Shown here: positions 10,131 through 20,531 of the stretch, piece after piece | How positions within the stretch are numbered: position 1 is the stretch's first letter | Layout of the letters: every line of letters begins with the position of its first letter | Source: a virus | Taxonomy: Duplodnaviria; Heunggongvirae; Uroviricota; Caudoviricetes | Length of the DNA: 64,000 nucleotides | Virus record (IMG/VR): IMGVR_UViG_3300029305_003293 | Coordinates: 54,161 to 118,160 of that record | Direction: 5' to 3' (one strand) | The notes under the pieces: model-generated | Database searches by the model: none | What the model was told of the DNA's origin: nothing | Seen by the model: only the letters and a program-made list of their open reading frames with translations | Translations under genes and position numbers: made by a program

Positions 10131-11290
10131 TTATGATAATTCCTCACTATAATAAGTTTTTTAGCGGCGCGAGTTGCCGCGGTATATAACCATCGAACAT
10201 GTTCTTCTTTGCTATCTCCTTTAAGATATTCTTCAAGAACTATTACTTTATCATATTCACTGCCTTGTGATTTATGACAAGTAATTGCATAAGCATAATC
10301 AAATTGATTCGGTTGGTAATATTTTGGAATACGCTTAAAATTATCTTTATTTATGGTAGGTTCATGCTCCATAAAAATCTTATAATCCATTTCCAACGCT
10401 AAAAAACTTTTCGCATTTTCATAATCCGGGGTGAAGTCGACAATAGGAGTAACCTCCATAAAAGGGTTGTCTTTAGTATATTTAATAGAATTAATTTTTC
10501 CGCTCAATCCATTTACAAGAGCATCGCCGGTTTCATTAATACATTCCCAATTATTTTTCAGACAAATAATTCGATCTCCTACCAAAGGATGCGGATCATC
10601 TGTATTCATTAAGACTTGTCTCATAAAAGAATTAATCGCGAAACGAGTATCATTTTTTCCAACTAAAATTTGATCTGCCCAAGCAAGGAATCCAGGTTGA
10701 AGCATTTCTTCTCTGTCTACAATCCGCACTTCATTTCCTCTCATTAATTGAAGAGGCTTCTGCGCACGGATATCCATAGTTAAACGAATAATTTCAGATT
10801 CTTCCTCTTGCCGCATAATTTCATCAAGAAAAATATGTGGATGATCTAATACCCCATGTGGTTCTGCCGCAACTGGAGGTAACTGTCCTGGATCTCCAAG
10901 TGCAAGAACATGAATTTTATGACTCAGAAGTAGTTCCCACATATGTTTCGGCAACATGGATACTTCATCAACTACAATAATTTTATAAGGAAACAATGGT
11001 CTAATTGGAATATGTTTAAAAGTTCCATCTTTTTTAGGAAAAGATTGATACAGTAGACGATGCGCAGTCATGGCATTAGGACATCCTTTTGTGCGAAGAA
11101 CCTGCGCCGCCTTACCAGTATATGCTATATATACAACTCTATCTTCTGGAATATTTAATGCACTAATAATAAATTGAACAAGTGTTGACTTACCTGTACC
11201 TGCTTTAAGCGTAGCCTGCGATACAAGTATAAGGTTCTTTATTCTTATATCGGGCTACTGCTGTTTTCAGACCATCTTCTTGATTTTTGG
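10127..11290 (-). CDS. RecD/Dda-like superfamily I DNA helicase with an apparent +1 frame discontinuity at about 11200
   Basis: The track ORF 10127-11071 carries VVDEVSM and the C-terminal motif TAATRAAKKLIIV. Upstream in the same frame: LKAGTGKSTLV...TAHRLL (Walker A). An N-terminal segment (ILTKNQEDGLKTAVARYKNKEPYTCIAGYA) lies in another frame behind an RBS (AAAAAGGAGG). Confidence 0.6.
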
Positions 11291-11321
11291 TTAAAATCAA
11301 TGTCCTACTTCCTCCTTTTTA

Positions 11322-11362
11322 TTAGATAATTTATTATATCATATATTTTCAAGAATGTCAAA
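11322..11362 (-). promoter_or_regulatory. sigma70-type promoter, repeated family
   Basis: Minus strand: TTGACATTCTTGAAAATATATGATATAATAAATTATC, upstream of the RecD-like helicase. Confidence 0.6.
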
Positions 11363-13166
11363 AGTACCAAGAGGTAGTAGAACTAATTTTATAATCTTTT
11401 ATTTCAAGTTGCGGTTGATATAAACCATTCCACTCATTAATTCGGCAATAACCGATAAAAGTAATATACATCATACCTTCTGGGGCATATTCAAAATAGC
11501 GAGTTAATGCTCCATATCTTTCAGCGCCAAAACCAAATTTAATACAAGTTGTATCTGAATTTTGAATCGTTACTTTCAAAGTTCCTTTACCTTGAAGTAA
11601 AACTCTATCTTTAGTAACAGGAATTGTTAATGCAACAAGTGGTTCACTTACTCCTTGTCCCCAAAGATCTTTTTGTTCGGCGATCGCAATAATAGTAGAA
11701 TCAAAATCATCTTTATTCGTCCAGTCAAAATCTACATCATAATGACGCTCTGGTTGAGAACCTTCTTCTGAAAATTCTTTTACAACTAACTGTCTAAATT
11801 CTGACAGACCTTCTGGAGTAAATCCGACACCAAAAGCAAATGGATGTCCTTCCGCATATAGAGCACAGCCGCAATCTTCAATCCATTGGCGCCAATCTTT
11901 TACTAATTCAGTTTCAAATCCTCTCGCGGAACCCTCCCAAGTAATTACACCTTCTTTATCTCTTTTTGTAAGAATTAAAGTCGGTTTTCCAAATTCAGGC
12001 ATAATCTGATTCGCGAGCAATCCATTAAGATTATTGTCTAATGATTTTTCAACTTGAATAATTAAAACTGGAATACTATCAGCATGATATCTATGAATAT
12101 AATCATAAATCATATCAAGAGTAGAAGTTTTCTCTCGCTCTTGTCTTGCTTTTACATTGCCGCAAGTTCTAACTGCCTGTTCAACAACATATTCATATTC
12201 TCCTTTTGCACCTTTTTTAGTGCTTGGAATATATTCAAATGCTTGATAATCAAGTAGCGATCTAAATAAAAGTTGCTTCTCTTCAATAGTGCCAGATCTC
12301 GTCATGGCATTAATAAAAGGAGAAATATACCAAGATACAGTAAATGGATTTAAATGATTCTGAATTTTAAATTCATTTTTTACCATCATCATATTGATAA
12401 AAGGACTGTTAATATTTGCATTTTTAGTTCCTTCTACCACATAATATCTTGTTTCTAAATCTCGCAAATCCATCATGTCTGCAATCATTCCCAAGGCAAC
12501 CAAGTCAAGGAAATCATCGGCATATGAAACTTTGAATACTTTATCCAATGCTTTACAGAATTTATAAACAATGCCGACACCAGATAATGCTTTATTTGGA
12601 TAATCACACATTTGATTATTTACGATAATCGCTGGATCTGTTTCATCAAGCGGCGCATGGTGATGATCGAGAATAACTACTTCAATTCCTCGTTCAGCAA
12701 GTTGTTTATGAATTTCAACTTCATTAGATGATGCATCTGGCACGATAACAAGTTTAATATCTTCTACGATATTGTCAATATTAATGCCGTGATGCTTCTT
12801 ATCATGAACCGCATATGAAATTAAATTTTCTACTCTTGATGGCAGCACTCTGTGAAGATAATTTAGCAAAACTGCCCCCGAAGTATATCCATCACAGTCG
12901 CTATCAATTTGTAGATAAATCTTATGATTATTCGTAAGTGCTTTTAATACAGTTTTAACTGCCTCGTCCATATTATCCAGTTTATTGAATGGATGAATAC
13001 AGTCGGCAGTTGGGTTTATATAATTAGGAATTTGCTCTCGTGGAATACCTCGATTCAGTAAAACTTGTTCAATAATATTATCTGAATGCTCATTAGATTT
13101 AATTACACTATAATTCATAAAAATACTCTTTCCCGATACAGTTTCATAAATACTTCCGGTCCGCAA
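11358..13166 (-). CDS. RecJ-like DHH-family single-strand DNA exonuclease
   Basis: DHH motifs (DSDCDGYTSGAVL; ILDHHH); 602 aa. Confidence 0.6.
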   Translation of the reverse strand: MRTGSIYETVSGKSIFMNYSVIKSNEHSDNIIEQVLLNRGIPREQIPNYINPTADCIHPFNKLDNMDEAVKTVLKALTNNHKIYLQIDSDCDGYTSGAVLLNYLHRVLPSRVENLISYAVHDKKHHGINIDNIVEDIKLVIVPDASSNEVEIHKQLAERGIEVVILDHHHAPLDETDPAIIVNNQMCDYPNKALSGVGIVYKFCKALDKVFKVSYADDFLDLVALGMIADMMDLRDLETRYYVVEGTKNANINSPFINMMMVKNEFKIQNHLNPFTVSWYISPFINAMTRSGTIEEKQLLFRSLLDYQAFEYIPSTKKGAKGEYEYVVEQAVRTCGNVKARQEREKTSTLDMIYDYIHRYHADSIPVLIIQVEKSLDNNLNGLLANQIMPEFGKPTLILTKRDKEGVITWEGSARGFETELVKDWRQWIEDCGCALYAEGHPFAFGVGFTPEGLSEFRQLVVKEFSEEGSQPERHYDVDFDWTNKDDFDSTIIAIAEQKDLWGQGVSEPLVALTIPVTKDRVLLQGKGTLKVTIQNSDTTCIKFGFGAERYGALTRYFEYAPEGMMYITFIGYCRINEWNGLYQPQLEIKDYKISSTTSWYF

Positions 13167-14224
13167 TCAATTGGAGATGCCTTATAAGGAAGCATATCAT
13201 CTTTATCAAACATAAAAGAAATAGTTACAAATTGATGATATTTTTTATGAAATGTTCTAAAATTTTTAATTAAATGTTTAAACTCTTCATCATTCTTTTC
13301 TTTAAATTGTCTATCAAATGCTACAACAATTTCTTCTGCGCCGAGATTCAGCAACATCATTAATTGAATAGATGATATAGAAGAGCCACAACAGGCAACC
13401 GATATGTCATTAGAAATGCCAAAATATGACTGGTATAATAGGCAAGATTTTTCACCTTCAAAGACTATCGCCTTCCTTATCTTCTTTATATTATCTTTAC
13501 TATTGTTTATATTATACAAATTTAAACCAAGAGGATGATTATACATTTGTCCTCCAATAATAAGAGGACGATATTTTCCACATATTTCAGCTTCATCAGA
13601 ACCAAGAGCCCTGCCGCGCAATCCAACAAATCTACCATTAATATCGAAATGCGGAATTGTAATTTGTTCCATAGTTGGATAATAACCAATTCGATTATAT
13701 TCCATTACTTCTTTTGTGATACCTTCTTTTATCCAATCGTAAATAACTGGATAAGTAAGATTATCAAGAATACATGAATCAAATTCTGGTAGGATAATTT
13801 CTTTTGGCGGTTCTAATTTTAAATTGTTGATTTTTTCATATTTTTCCAAAATCTTCCAATCGGCAAGATTAGGAACTTCATCTTCGGCATCTTGTAAAGT
13901 AGGGCCCCATCCATATTTAGATGCGACCCATTTCATTGAATCATACAAAGTCCATTCGCTATTTGGCTGAGATAGCATTTTAATTTTACTTAAAAGTTCA
14001 AAAATATCAAAATAACTATCACAACCAGTATAGCATCTGAACAATTTTGTATTCTCATAATAATACAATTTACGAGAACCTTCACCAGGCGCATTATGAC
14101 AAATTGTAGTAGAAATAAAACCAAAATCTGTCATATGCGGGTCTCCGCCAAATTCTTGAACTATATCAAATACCATTTCAAGAGACAGTTTTTCTTTGAT
14201 TTCATCCTTGTCATATTTCGCCAT
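13115..14224 (-). CDS. DNA primase (zinc-finger plus TOPRIM)
   Basis: CHNAPGEGSRKLYYYENTKLFRCYTGC zinc ribbon. TOPRIM-like acidic motifs (VVAFDRQ, FMFDKD). Confidence 0.65.
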   Translation of the reverse strand: MAKYDKDEIKEKLSLEMVFDIVQEFGGDPHMTDFGFISTTICHNAPGEGSRKLYYYENTKLFRCYTGCDSYFDIFELLSKIKMLSQPNSEWTLYDSMKWVASKYGWGPTLQDAEDEVPNLADWKILEKYEKINNLKLEPPKEIILPEFDSCILDNLTYPVIYDWIKEGITKEVMEYNRIGYYPTMEQITIPHFDINGRFVGLRGRALGSDEAEICGKYRPLIIGGQMYNHPLGLNLYNINNSKDNIKKIRKAIVFEGEKSCLLYQSYFGISNDISVACCGSSISSIQLMMLLNLGAEEIVVAFDRQFKEKNDEEFKHLIKNFRTFHKKYHQFVTISFMFDKDDMLPYKASPIDCGPEVFMKLYRERVFL

Positions 14225-14235
14225 TTTAATTCTCC

Positions 14236-14478
14236 TTAATCAAAAGCAATTCGACTTGTCTGAGAAGAATTTTCCTCTTCCACAACAAGCGCCGTCACCG
14301 TGCCGAGCAACCCAAAAGTTTCATTGATATAATCAATCACATAAATGTAAGGATTTAAGTTCTTATTGCCACGAGTGTCAGCAATCTCGTCGAACATCTT
14401 TTTAGAAATATTATATTCAATTTCCAGATCATCGATAACCAAATTCTTAGGACGATGGATATACTTATTCAAAGCCAT
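14236..14478 (-). CDS. hypothetical protein
   Basis: 80-aa ORF between the primase and the helicase. Confidence 0.3.
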   Translation of the reverse strand: MALNKYIHRPKNLVIDDLEIEYNISKKMFDEIADTRGNKNLNPYIYVIDYINETFGLLGTVTALVVEEENSSQTSRIAFD

Positions 14479-14490
14479 TATTATTTCTCC

Positions 14491-16026
14491 TTAAAATGCA
14501 GATTCTTCTTCAAAAGTTACTTTTATATTTTCAATTGGTTGCAGTTCATATAGATAATCTGTCAAAAACATGGGTTGAATTCGGCAGGTTCCCAAATCTG
14601 CTTTACACCAAAGAATAACGCCTTTATATCTTCCGCGTCTATTTTTATAGATAGAAAGTTTAATAGATGGAGTTTCAAAGTTAGGATTTTTACTTAATAC
14701 CGCTTCAAGAGAAGCAAGATCATTTTCTTTTACTGGTAATAAAATACTACCATAGTCAATTTTATCAGCAATTGCTTTTGCGCCACGAAGCAAGTTTTGA
14801 TCAGGTGCTTTTGCATCTTGATAATCACCATTCAACTGAGTAGCAGACATCATAAAGACATTATACTTTACGCAAATATCTTTAAGTCGTGCAGATAGCA
14901 TAAACAAAATATTATCTTCACGCAATGCAATTTTTCCTGCGGTTCTGCTAATTTCTTCCAGAATTTTCAAACTTGTATGAATGTAATCATGAAATACATA
15001 AGTAACATTCTTTTCTCTGATTCTACGCTTAATTACATTTTCTACATCTTGAAGATTAAATTCTGGTAGAACTTCTACAGTCAATGGAGATTCTTTAATT
15101 ATTCTGGCTGCTTCAAAAACCCTATCTCGTTCACCATCTTCATATTGACCATTCAAAATGTGTTCTTCATTTACATTTGAAATAAATGCGAGCATCATAG
15201 TTTGAATTTCATCTTTATCCTGCTCTGTTCCAATAAACAAAGTTGGAAATTGATGACCATTTTTAATCCAACCAAACTGTTCATCATAAATACGATCACA
15301 TGCTATATAACAAGCATCAGCAATCATACTTCTTGTTTTACCAACGCCTGTCGGTGCAGACCGCAAATAAAATTTACCAAGTCTTGCTCCTCTTGTTATG
15401 GTGTTAATATAATTACCATAAAGAGGAACACCAACATCAGGGGCTTGTTCGAAGCGTAGAATCAATTCTTCAATTCCATCACCTGCATCAAAAGATTGAC
15501 TACAATCATTTACATCGGCATATGTTTGACGAATTGTAAGAATCTTATCATCAATTTTATTTGCAATATCTTGCAAATTAGTGTTATCTAACCATTCCTC
15601 TTGGATTTCTTTCTTTTTCAAATCCATAATATTGTCTGGATCATATAAGAATGAAACATCAAGACCAAAATTATCATATGCGCGCAAAAGAGTCATTTTC
15701 TTCATGCGATCATAATAATAATTAAATGTCGTTGGATTGGCGATCGCACTGGCCCTCATAATAAAATCTGCGCCTTTATTTACTTCAAAAATTGCATTTT
15801 GTTTCGGGCGCCCGTTGAGGTAGTCCAAGATACTTGATAATGAAATCGCTTGTGCTCCGTTATAGTGCAACTGATACATGGCTCCAAATACCACACGATG
15901 AAACTCATCACAGAAGTCATCATCTGTGATGGAGTATGTGTCGTCTAAATCTAGAAGTCGAACATTATTAAATACACATCCTATTACTTGAATGACCGCA
16001 TTTGGATCATTATATTTTGAACCCAA
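14491..16026 (-). CDS. replicative DNA helicase (DnaB/gp41-like RecA-fold)
   Basis: Walker A APTGVGKT, Walker B, and position next to the primase. Confidence 0.6.
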   Translation of the reverse strand: MGSKYNDPNAVIQVIGCVFNNVRLLDLDDTYSITDDDFCDEFHRVVFGAMYQLHYNGAQAISLSSILDYLNGRPKQNAIFEVNKGADFIMRASAIANPTTFNYYYDRMKKMTLLRAYDNFGLDVSFLYDPDNIMDLKKKEIQEEWLDNTNLQDIANKIDDKILTIRQTYADVNDCSQSFDAGDGIEELILRFEQAPDVGVPLYGNYINTITRGARLGKFYLRSAPTGVGKTRSMIADACYIACDRIYDEQFGWIKNGHQFPTLFIGTEQDKDEIQTMMLAFISNVNEEHILNGQYEDGERDRVFEAARIIKESPLTVEVLPEFNLQDVENVIKRRIREKNVTYVFHDYIHTSLKILEEISRTAGKIALREDNILFMLSARLKDICVKYNVFMMSATQLNGDYQDAKAPDQNLLRGAKAIADKIDYGSILLPVKENDLASLEAVLSKNPNFETPSIKLSIYKNRRGRYKGVILWCKADLGTCRIQPMFLTDYLYELQPIENIKVTFEEESAF

Positions 16027-16029
16027 CGG

Positions 16030-16545
16030 TTATTCCTCCTCTTCCAAAAACGAGAATAATTTTTTCTTTTTCTCAACTCGTTTAGGAATCGGTATTTTTA
16101 TTACTCGTTCCTGCGGTTGATACTGTTCGACAGGTTTTGCTTGATTAGATTGATTCGCAAGCCAGATATGATAATAATAATTATAGGCATCTTGATATAC
16201 ATATGGTATAATTCCTATGCCGCCTTTTGCTTTTGCTATGTCATTTTTCTTAACTTCATAAAAATACTTTAATGATTTAAGCATTCCAGTATAAGAATAA
16301 TGATATTGTTCCCTATAATCATTAATCTGTTTGCGCACTCGAGGATTAATATAATCAATTTGCAAAAGATTGATTATATATTGTTCTAACATTTCTAAAT
16401 CTTTTTCCTCTTGAGTTTTTTGCTCTTGTGCTCGCAAATGACACTCAAGATGTGCATATCGAGAACCATTCACTTTTACGCAATCTACGAGTTTATCTCG
16501 ATCAAATGTGATTCCGCAATAATAACATTTAACTCTGTGTGCCAT
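16030..16545 (-). CDS. zinc-finger protein, hypothetical
   Basis: CYYCG...HLECH motif; 171 aa. Confidence 0.35.
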   Translation of the reverse strand: MAHRVKCYYCGITFDRDKLVDCVKVNGSRYAHLECHLRAQEQKTQEEKDLEMLEQYIINLLQIDYINPRVRKQINDYREQYHYSYTGMLKSLKYFYEVKKNDIAKAKGGIGIIPYVYQDAYNYYYHIWLANQSNQAKPVEQYQPQERVIKIPIPKRVEKKKKLFSFLEEEE

Positions 16546-16571
16546 TTAATACATCCTTTTATAGTATCTAT

Positions 16572-16611
16572 TTCTATAAATATTATACCATAATTTTTTA
16601 AAAAAATCAAG
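16572..16611 (-). promoter_or_regulatory. sigma70-type promoter, repeated family
   Basis: Minus strand: TTGATTTTTTTAAAAAATTATGGTATAATATTTATAGA, directly after a terminator. Confidence 0.55.
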
Positions 16612-16640
16612 CCCATATTACTATGAGCTTGATTATTATA
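16604..16640 (-). terminator. rho-independent terminator
   Basis: Minus strand: hairpin AATCAAGC-loop-GCTTGATT followed by TTTTTTT; downstream of the Sak4-like gene. Confidence 0.55.
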
Positions 16641-16649
16641 AATTTTATA

Positions 16650-17639
16650 TTAGGAGAGCTTACGAAGCTCCTGAAGGATAAGATCAAGCTGAGCAGCATC
16701 GGCTTCGGTGCATTCAGCAACTTTTCGACCAGCGCCAAGATAATCAGCAACAATCTTAGCAATAACGGAACGATTCTGAATATCCTTCGACATAAGAGTT
16801 CCTACCAAATCGCTGAACTCATTCATCATGCCGGGGAAGTCATAATAAACCTCTTCAGCTTCCATATAAAGATTACTCTTAGCGGCAGTAACATACTGAT
16901 TGCCAGTCTCCTGAGCTTCCTTATCAATAGCATCATTAATTGCCTTAACGAGATTTTCATAAGAAAGATCAATTACATCGGGAGTGTAGCGGAATCGAGA
17001 ACCAGCAACATAGCGAGGAGTTTCACGCAAGAACATCTTGGTAATAGTGCGACCATCTTCCTGCTTAACAGGACGAGTAAGACCGATAATATCACAAGTA
17101 CGCTCACAAACCAAACGACCACGCTTATCAAGAGTAGGCATCATTTGCTGATACTCATTGCCGAGTTCATCCTTCAAAGTTACATCCTGAGAGTGAGAAA
17201 TTAGAACTAGACCGTAATCCATCTGGAGGATCTTGCGGATGCACTTATCAAACTCACGCATAACGAGCTGATAGCCTTTGCCATAAGGAATGTCCGCAAC
17301 ATTATCCTTACCTTCCTGATTACAAATATACTCACAACAATAGTCATAAGCAATATCTGCGGTGTCAATTACGATAGTCTTATACATCTCCTTGGTATCT
17401 TCATCTTTTAGATCGACAAGATAACTGCGGAACTCACGCCAACTGTTTACAGGCATAGCCATAATACCGGGGATGGTGGAATAACCCTTCTCAAAAGCAA
17501 ATACCAGAGCCTTAGGAAACTTAGATGCGATAGTAGTCTTACCAGACTTAGGAGTACCATAGAGCAAAACGGAATAGCCAGAGAGGTCTCGAGAGACCTC
17601 ATGAGGCTTAATCATAGTTAAAGCATTAGCCATAATCAT
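16650..17639 (-). CDS. Sak4-like RecA-fold ssDNA annealing/recombination ATPase
   Basis: LLYGTPKSGKTT Walker A and the overall length and arrangement of an AAA_24/Sak4 protein. Confidence 0.6.
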   Translation of the reverse strand: MIMANALTMIKPHEVSRDLSGYSVLLYGTPKSGKTTIASKFPKALVFAFEKGYSTIPGIMAMPVNSWREFRSYLVDLKDEDTKEMYKTIVIDTADIAYDYCCEYICNQEGKDNVADIPYGKGYQLVMREFDKCIRKILQMDYGLVLISHSQDVTLKDELGNEYQQMMPTLDKRGRLVCERTCDIIGLTRPVKQEDGRTITKMFLRETPRYVAGSRFRYTPDVIDLSYENLVKAINDAIDKEAQETGNQYVTAAKSNLYMEAEEVYYDFPGMMNEFSDLVGTLMSKDIQNRSVIAKIVADYLGAGRKVAECTEADAAQLDLILQELRKLS

Positions 17640-17651
17640 ATGTCCTCCTTA

Positions 17652-18590
17652 TCAGAAATTATAACCAGTTGCAGCCGGAGAGGCAGCGGGGGTAGCAGCC
17701 TTCTTGGAGTTCTGATACTCTTCCTGACGCTGCTTTACAGTAGCAAGATAAACTTCACGATTTTGAAGGGCTTCTGCAAACTCGATAGCGGTAATACCCT
17801 CTTCATCATCCCAGAGATAAGCTTCCTTAGAAACACCAGTAATTACATAATCCTTGTTAGAAGTAGGAACCATTTTTACATTAGCATCGCCAAACTGAGA
17901 CTCTTCACGAATTTCGCGATAAGAAGTCTGAGAAACCTGACGACCCCAAACCTTAGTAAAGAAAGGATGCTTCTCAGAACATTCCAAAGAAGCAAAATAC
18001 TTCATACCACTCGGATTGAGAACAGAGAATTCGACTGGCATAACTGCCTTGCGGAAATCAAAGATATAACCACGAACAACCAATTTCGCAGGAAGATTGC
18101 GCTCAGGATTTTCCTCAACTTCGCGAGTTCCAGTAATAAGCATATCGGCTTCAAAACGACAACGAGCATTTTGATCCTCATTCAGAGGTTCATTAATAAT
18201 ATGAAGGAAACCACCTTCATTACGCTTGGCACTAACAAGTTCCTCTTTACCATTGCGGTCAGAATAAAACTCGTTTAGACCAATCGCGGAATCTACACGA
18301 ATCTTAACCGCACTATCAGCACCATTCTTGGTTACACAAGGAGCACCATCAATAATACGCTTTAGCGCATTAAAAGTATTATTAGGACCACTAATTTTAG
18401 TGGTAGCAGTTACATAAGTAAAATGAACCTGAACGACATTAAGAAGATCTTCATCGGTCGCAATACTTACAGTTCCAGAAATAAATTCAGTGCCGGGATT
18501 CTTAGAAGCCTCACCACTAATCTTCATTTTCAAGTCGTGTTCATAGAGCCGACCCTCAATGTGTGTCGTATTAATCATTGTCTTTTTCAT
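17652..18590 (-). CDS. hypothetical protein, possibly an ssDNA-binding protein
   Basis: 312 aa, adjacent to the Sak4-like gene; C-terminal tail ends in F. There is no diagnostic motif. TGA is a genuine stop here (tgataa). Confidence 0.3.
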   Translation of the reverse strand: MKKTMINTTHIEGRLYEHDLKMKISGEASKNPGTEFISGTVSIATDEDLLNVVQVHFTYVTATTKISGPNNTFNALKRIIDGAPCVTKNGADSAVKIRVDSAIGLNEFYSDRNGKEELVSAKRNEGGFLHIINEPLNEDQNARCRFEADMLITGTREVEENPERNLPAKLVVRGYIFDFRKAVMPVEFSVLNPSGMKYFASLECSEKHPFFTKVWGRQVSQTSYREIREESQFGDANVKMVPTSNKDYVITGVSKEAYLWDDEEGITAIEFAEALQNREVYLATVKQRQEEYQNSKKAATPAASPAATGYNF

Positions 18591-18593
18591 AAA

Positions 18594-18959
18594 TTAATTT
18601 TCTCCTTCAAACTTTACATTAATTCCTTTTTCTGTAATCATATAAACTACAGGGTCTTTACCGACTTTTTCAACATAACCATCAGTTACCAATTTACGCA
18701 TTGCACCAGCAACTGATTTGGAAGCAATAAACATGCCTTCTGCGATATCTCTTGATTTATACATACCTTTTGGCACTTCCTGAAGATACTTAAGAATAGC
18801 CTTGCCATTATCAGTAAATTCAGGCTTTGCATCTTTTGCGCTATCTTCCCTAAGTGCTTCAAGATAAGCCTTAACATTCTCAGGAATAAGATCCGGATGC
18901 ATGCCGCTGTTAGTAATCAAAGTATCCACAAATTCCACAAACTCTTGTCTTTTCGTCAT
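18594..18959 (-). CDS. winged-helix DNA-binding protein
   Basis: KSRDIAEGMFIASKSVAGAMRKLVTDGYVEKV helix-turn-helix-like segment. Confidence 0.45.
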   Translation of the reverse strand: MTKRQEFVEFVDTLITNSGMHPDLIPENVKAYLEALREDSAKDAKPEFTDNGKAILKYLQEVPKGMYKSRDIAEGMFIASKSVAGAMRKLVTDGYVEKVGKDPVVYMITEKGINVKFEGEN

Positions 18960-18999
18960 AAAATTTATTCTTCCTTATCGTTTATTAGGTTCTTCCTTT

Positions 19000-19042
19000 A
19001 CCTTATACATATATTATATCAAATTTTTTCAATTTTGTCAAA
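19000..19042 (-). promoter_or_regulatory. sigma70-type promoter, repeated family
   Basis: Minus strand: TTGACAAAATTGAAAAAATTTGATATAATATATGTATAAGGT. Confidence 0.6.
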
Positions 19043-19203
19043 TTTCATTGAAGCCTCTTCGAAGATGTCTATTAGGTTTTTAAATGTTCCATCTTCATTT
19101 TTGAGACTTACGCCAATACTTGCAAAAGCTTCCTCAATTTCTTTATAATTACAATTTGCATCTTCAAGTTTCTGACAAAAGGATTTAAGAGATTCCATTA
19201 CAT

Positions 19204-20085
19204 CTATCCCTCATAACCAAAAGTACTTGTAAGTTTATTAAAAGCAATCTTAAATTCTTTCGCTTCATTAGAATTAAGAAGTTTATCAATAGCAATAAAC
19301 ATTTTATCTTTCGCGTTATTAAAAGAATCTTGTGCTGTTTCAAGTTCATCGAAGAAAATAAATTCTTGCGCATATGGAAGAGTGCGAGCCCATTTAATAA
19401 AATTCTCAAGATCAGGATTTCTTTTACCAGACCATTCATTTAATTTATGCGGTCTGCGCTGGCTCTTGGAACACATCGCTAATAGATTTTCATAAGTCAT
19501 AGTAACAGTTCTAGTTTGAAGCCAACTTTCTGGAATAAGACGAATTAATTCCTTCCATACAAGATAAGCCCTATATTCTAACTTATTATGATTGTCATTT
19601 GATGTATTTTCAAGTTCTTTTTGAATTCGCAAATATTCTTGTCGTAAATCTTCACAATAAGAAATAACTTTTTCAAAAATATCTCTTGTGAACCAGCGAC
19701 CATTAACATCAATATTAGCAAAATCATCGTTTTCAAAAGAGTCAAAAGTAATAGGTTGACTCATAATTTTATGCATCGTAGAGGTAGAATTCGCAGTAGT
19801 ACCTACTTTATAAGTATCAAATTCTTTCCACCAATAAAGTGGTGCAGTAATATCAACAGATACAAAAATCTGTCGAAGGAACTTACGATGTTCTGGACCA
19901 CCTTTAATAAGAGTTTGCGCAAGTTTCATATCTTTAGGGCCAATCCAATATCCACCACGCTCTGCGAACTCTGGATCATCAAAAGACATATTCCAGCTAT
20001 CGGATAAATGCCAACTATTTTTAGGGTTTCTCATACCACGCAAAGCGTGATCAAAACCCCATACATCTGTATTTTTAAATTTCAT
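19204..20085 (-). CDS. thyX: flavin-dependent thymidylate synthase (ThyX-like)
   Basis: N-terminal LRGMRNP and a GPEHRKF...TS...S region resembling the ThyX RHR...S motif. Confidence 0.5.
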   Translation of the reverse strand: MKFKNTDVWGFDHALRGMRNPKNSWHLSDSWNMSFDDPEFAERGGYWIGPKDMKLAQTLIKGGPEHRKFLRQIFVSVDITAPLYWWKEFDTYKVGTTANSTSTMHKIMSQPITFDSFENDDFANIDVNGRWFTRDIFEKVISYCEDLRQEYLRIQKELENTSNDNHNKLEYRAYLVWKELIRLIPESWLQTRTVTMTYENLLAMCSKSQRRPHKLNEWSGKRNPDLENFIKWARTLPYAQEFIFFDELETAQDSFNNAKDKMFIAIDKLLNSNEAKEFKIAFNKLTSTFGYEG

Positions 20086-20207
20086 TTTCTAATTCTTCCT
20101 TTAATTTTAATAATGCTTCTATCGCGTCGTCAATAGAATGAACATAACAATAATGCTCTGGTGGTTCAAAATGGTCAAAATTATAACTAATTTCAATACA
20201 TAATTCT

Positions 20208-20531
20208 TTATTCATAATCGTATGTTAAAGTATATCCTTCCAATGGCCCATTCATACCAAGAGCAGACTGGGCAAATAGTTCAAGTTCATCAATCATAAG
20301 ACATTCATGCACTTCATGCGTGTATTTATCATCATTATGCTGTTGTCTATCAATAGCATCACGATAACTTATAAAATTAAGTCCAGTAATTCCATATGCT
20401 ATAGCCTTTTGCTCCATGGCATGTGGATTTTTACAAACAACAGTTGCATTATTTCTTTTTGCTGCTTCCAGCAAGATTCGAGTTTTTCCAGTGCCTCGTC
20501 GATTAATAATCTGATACATATTATCCCTCAT
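20208..20531 (-). CDS. hypothetical protein
   Basis: 107-aa ORF. Confidence 0.3.
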   Translation of the reverse strand: MRDNMYQIINRRGTGKTRILLEAAKRNNATVVCKNPHAMEQKAIAYGITGLNFISYRDAIDRQQHNDDKYTHEVHECLMIDELELFAQSALGMNGPLEGYTLTYDYE

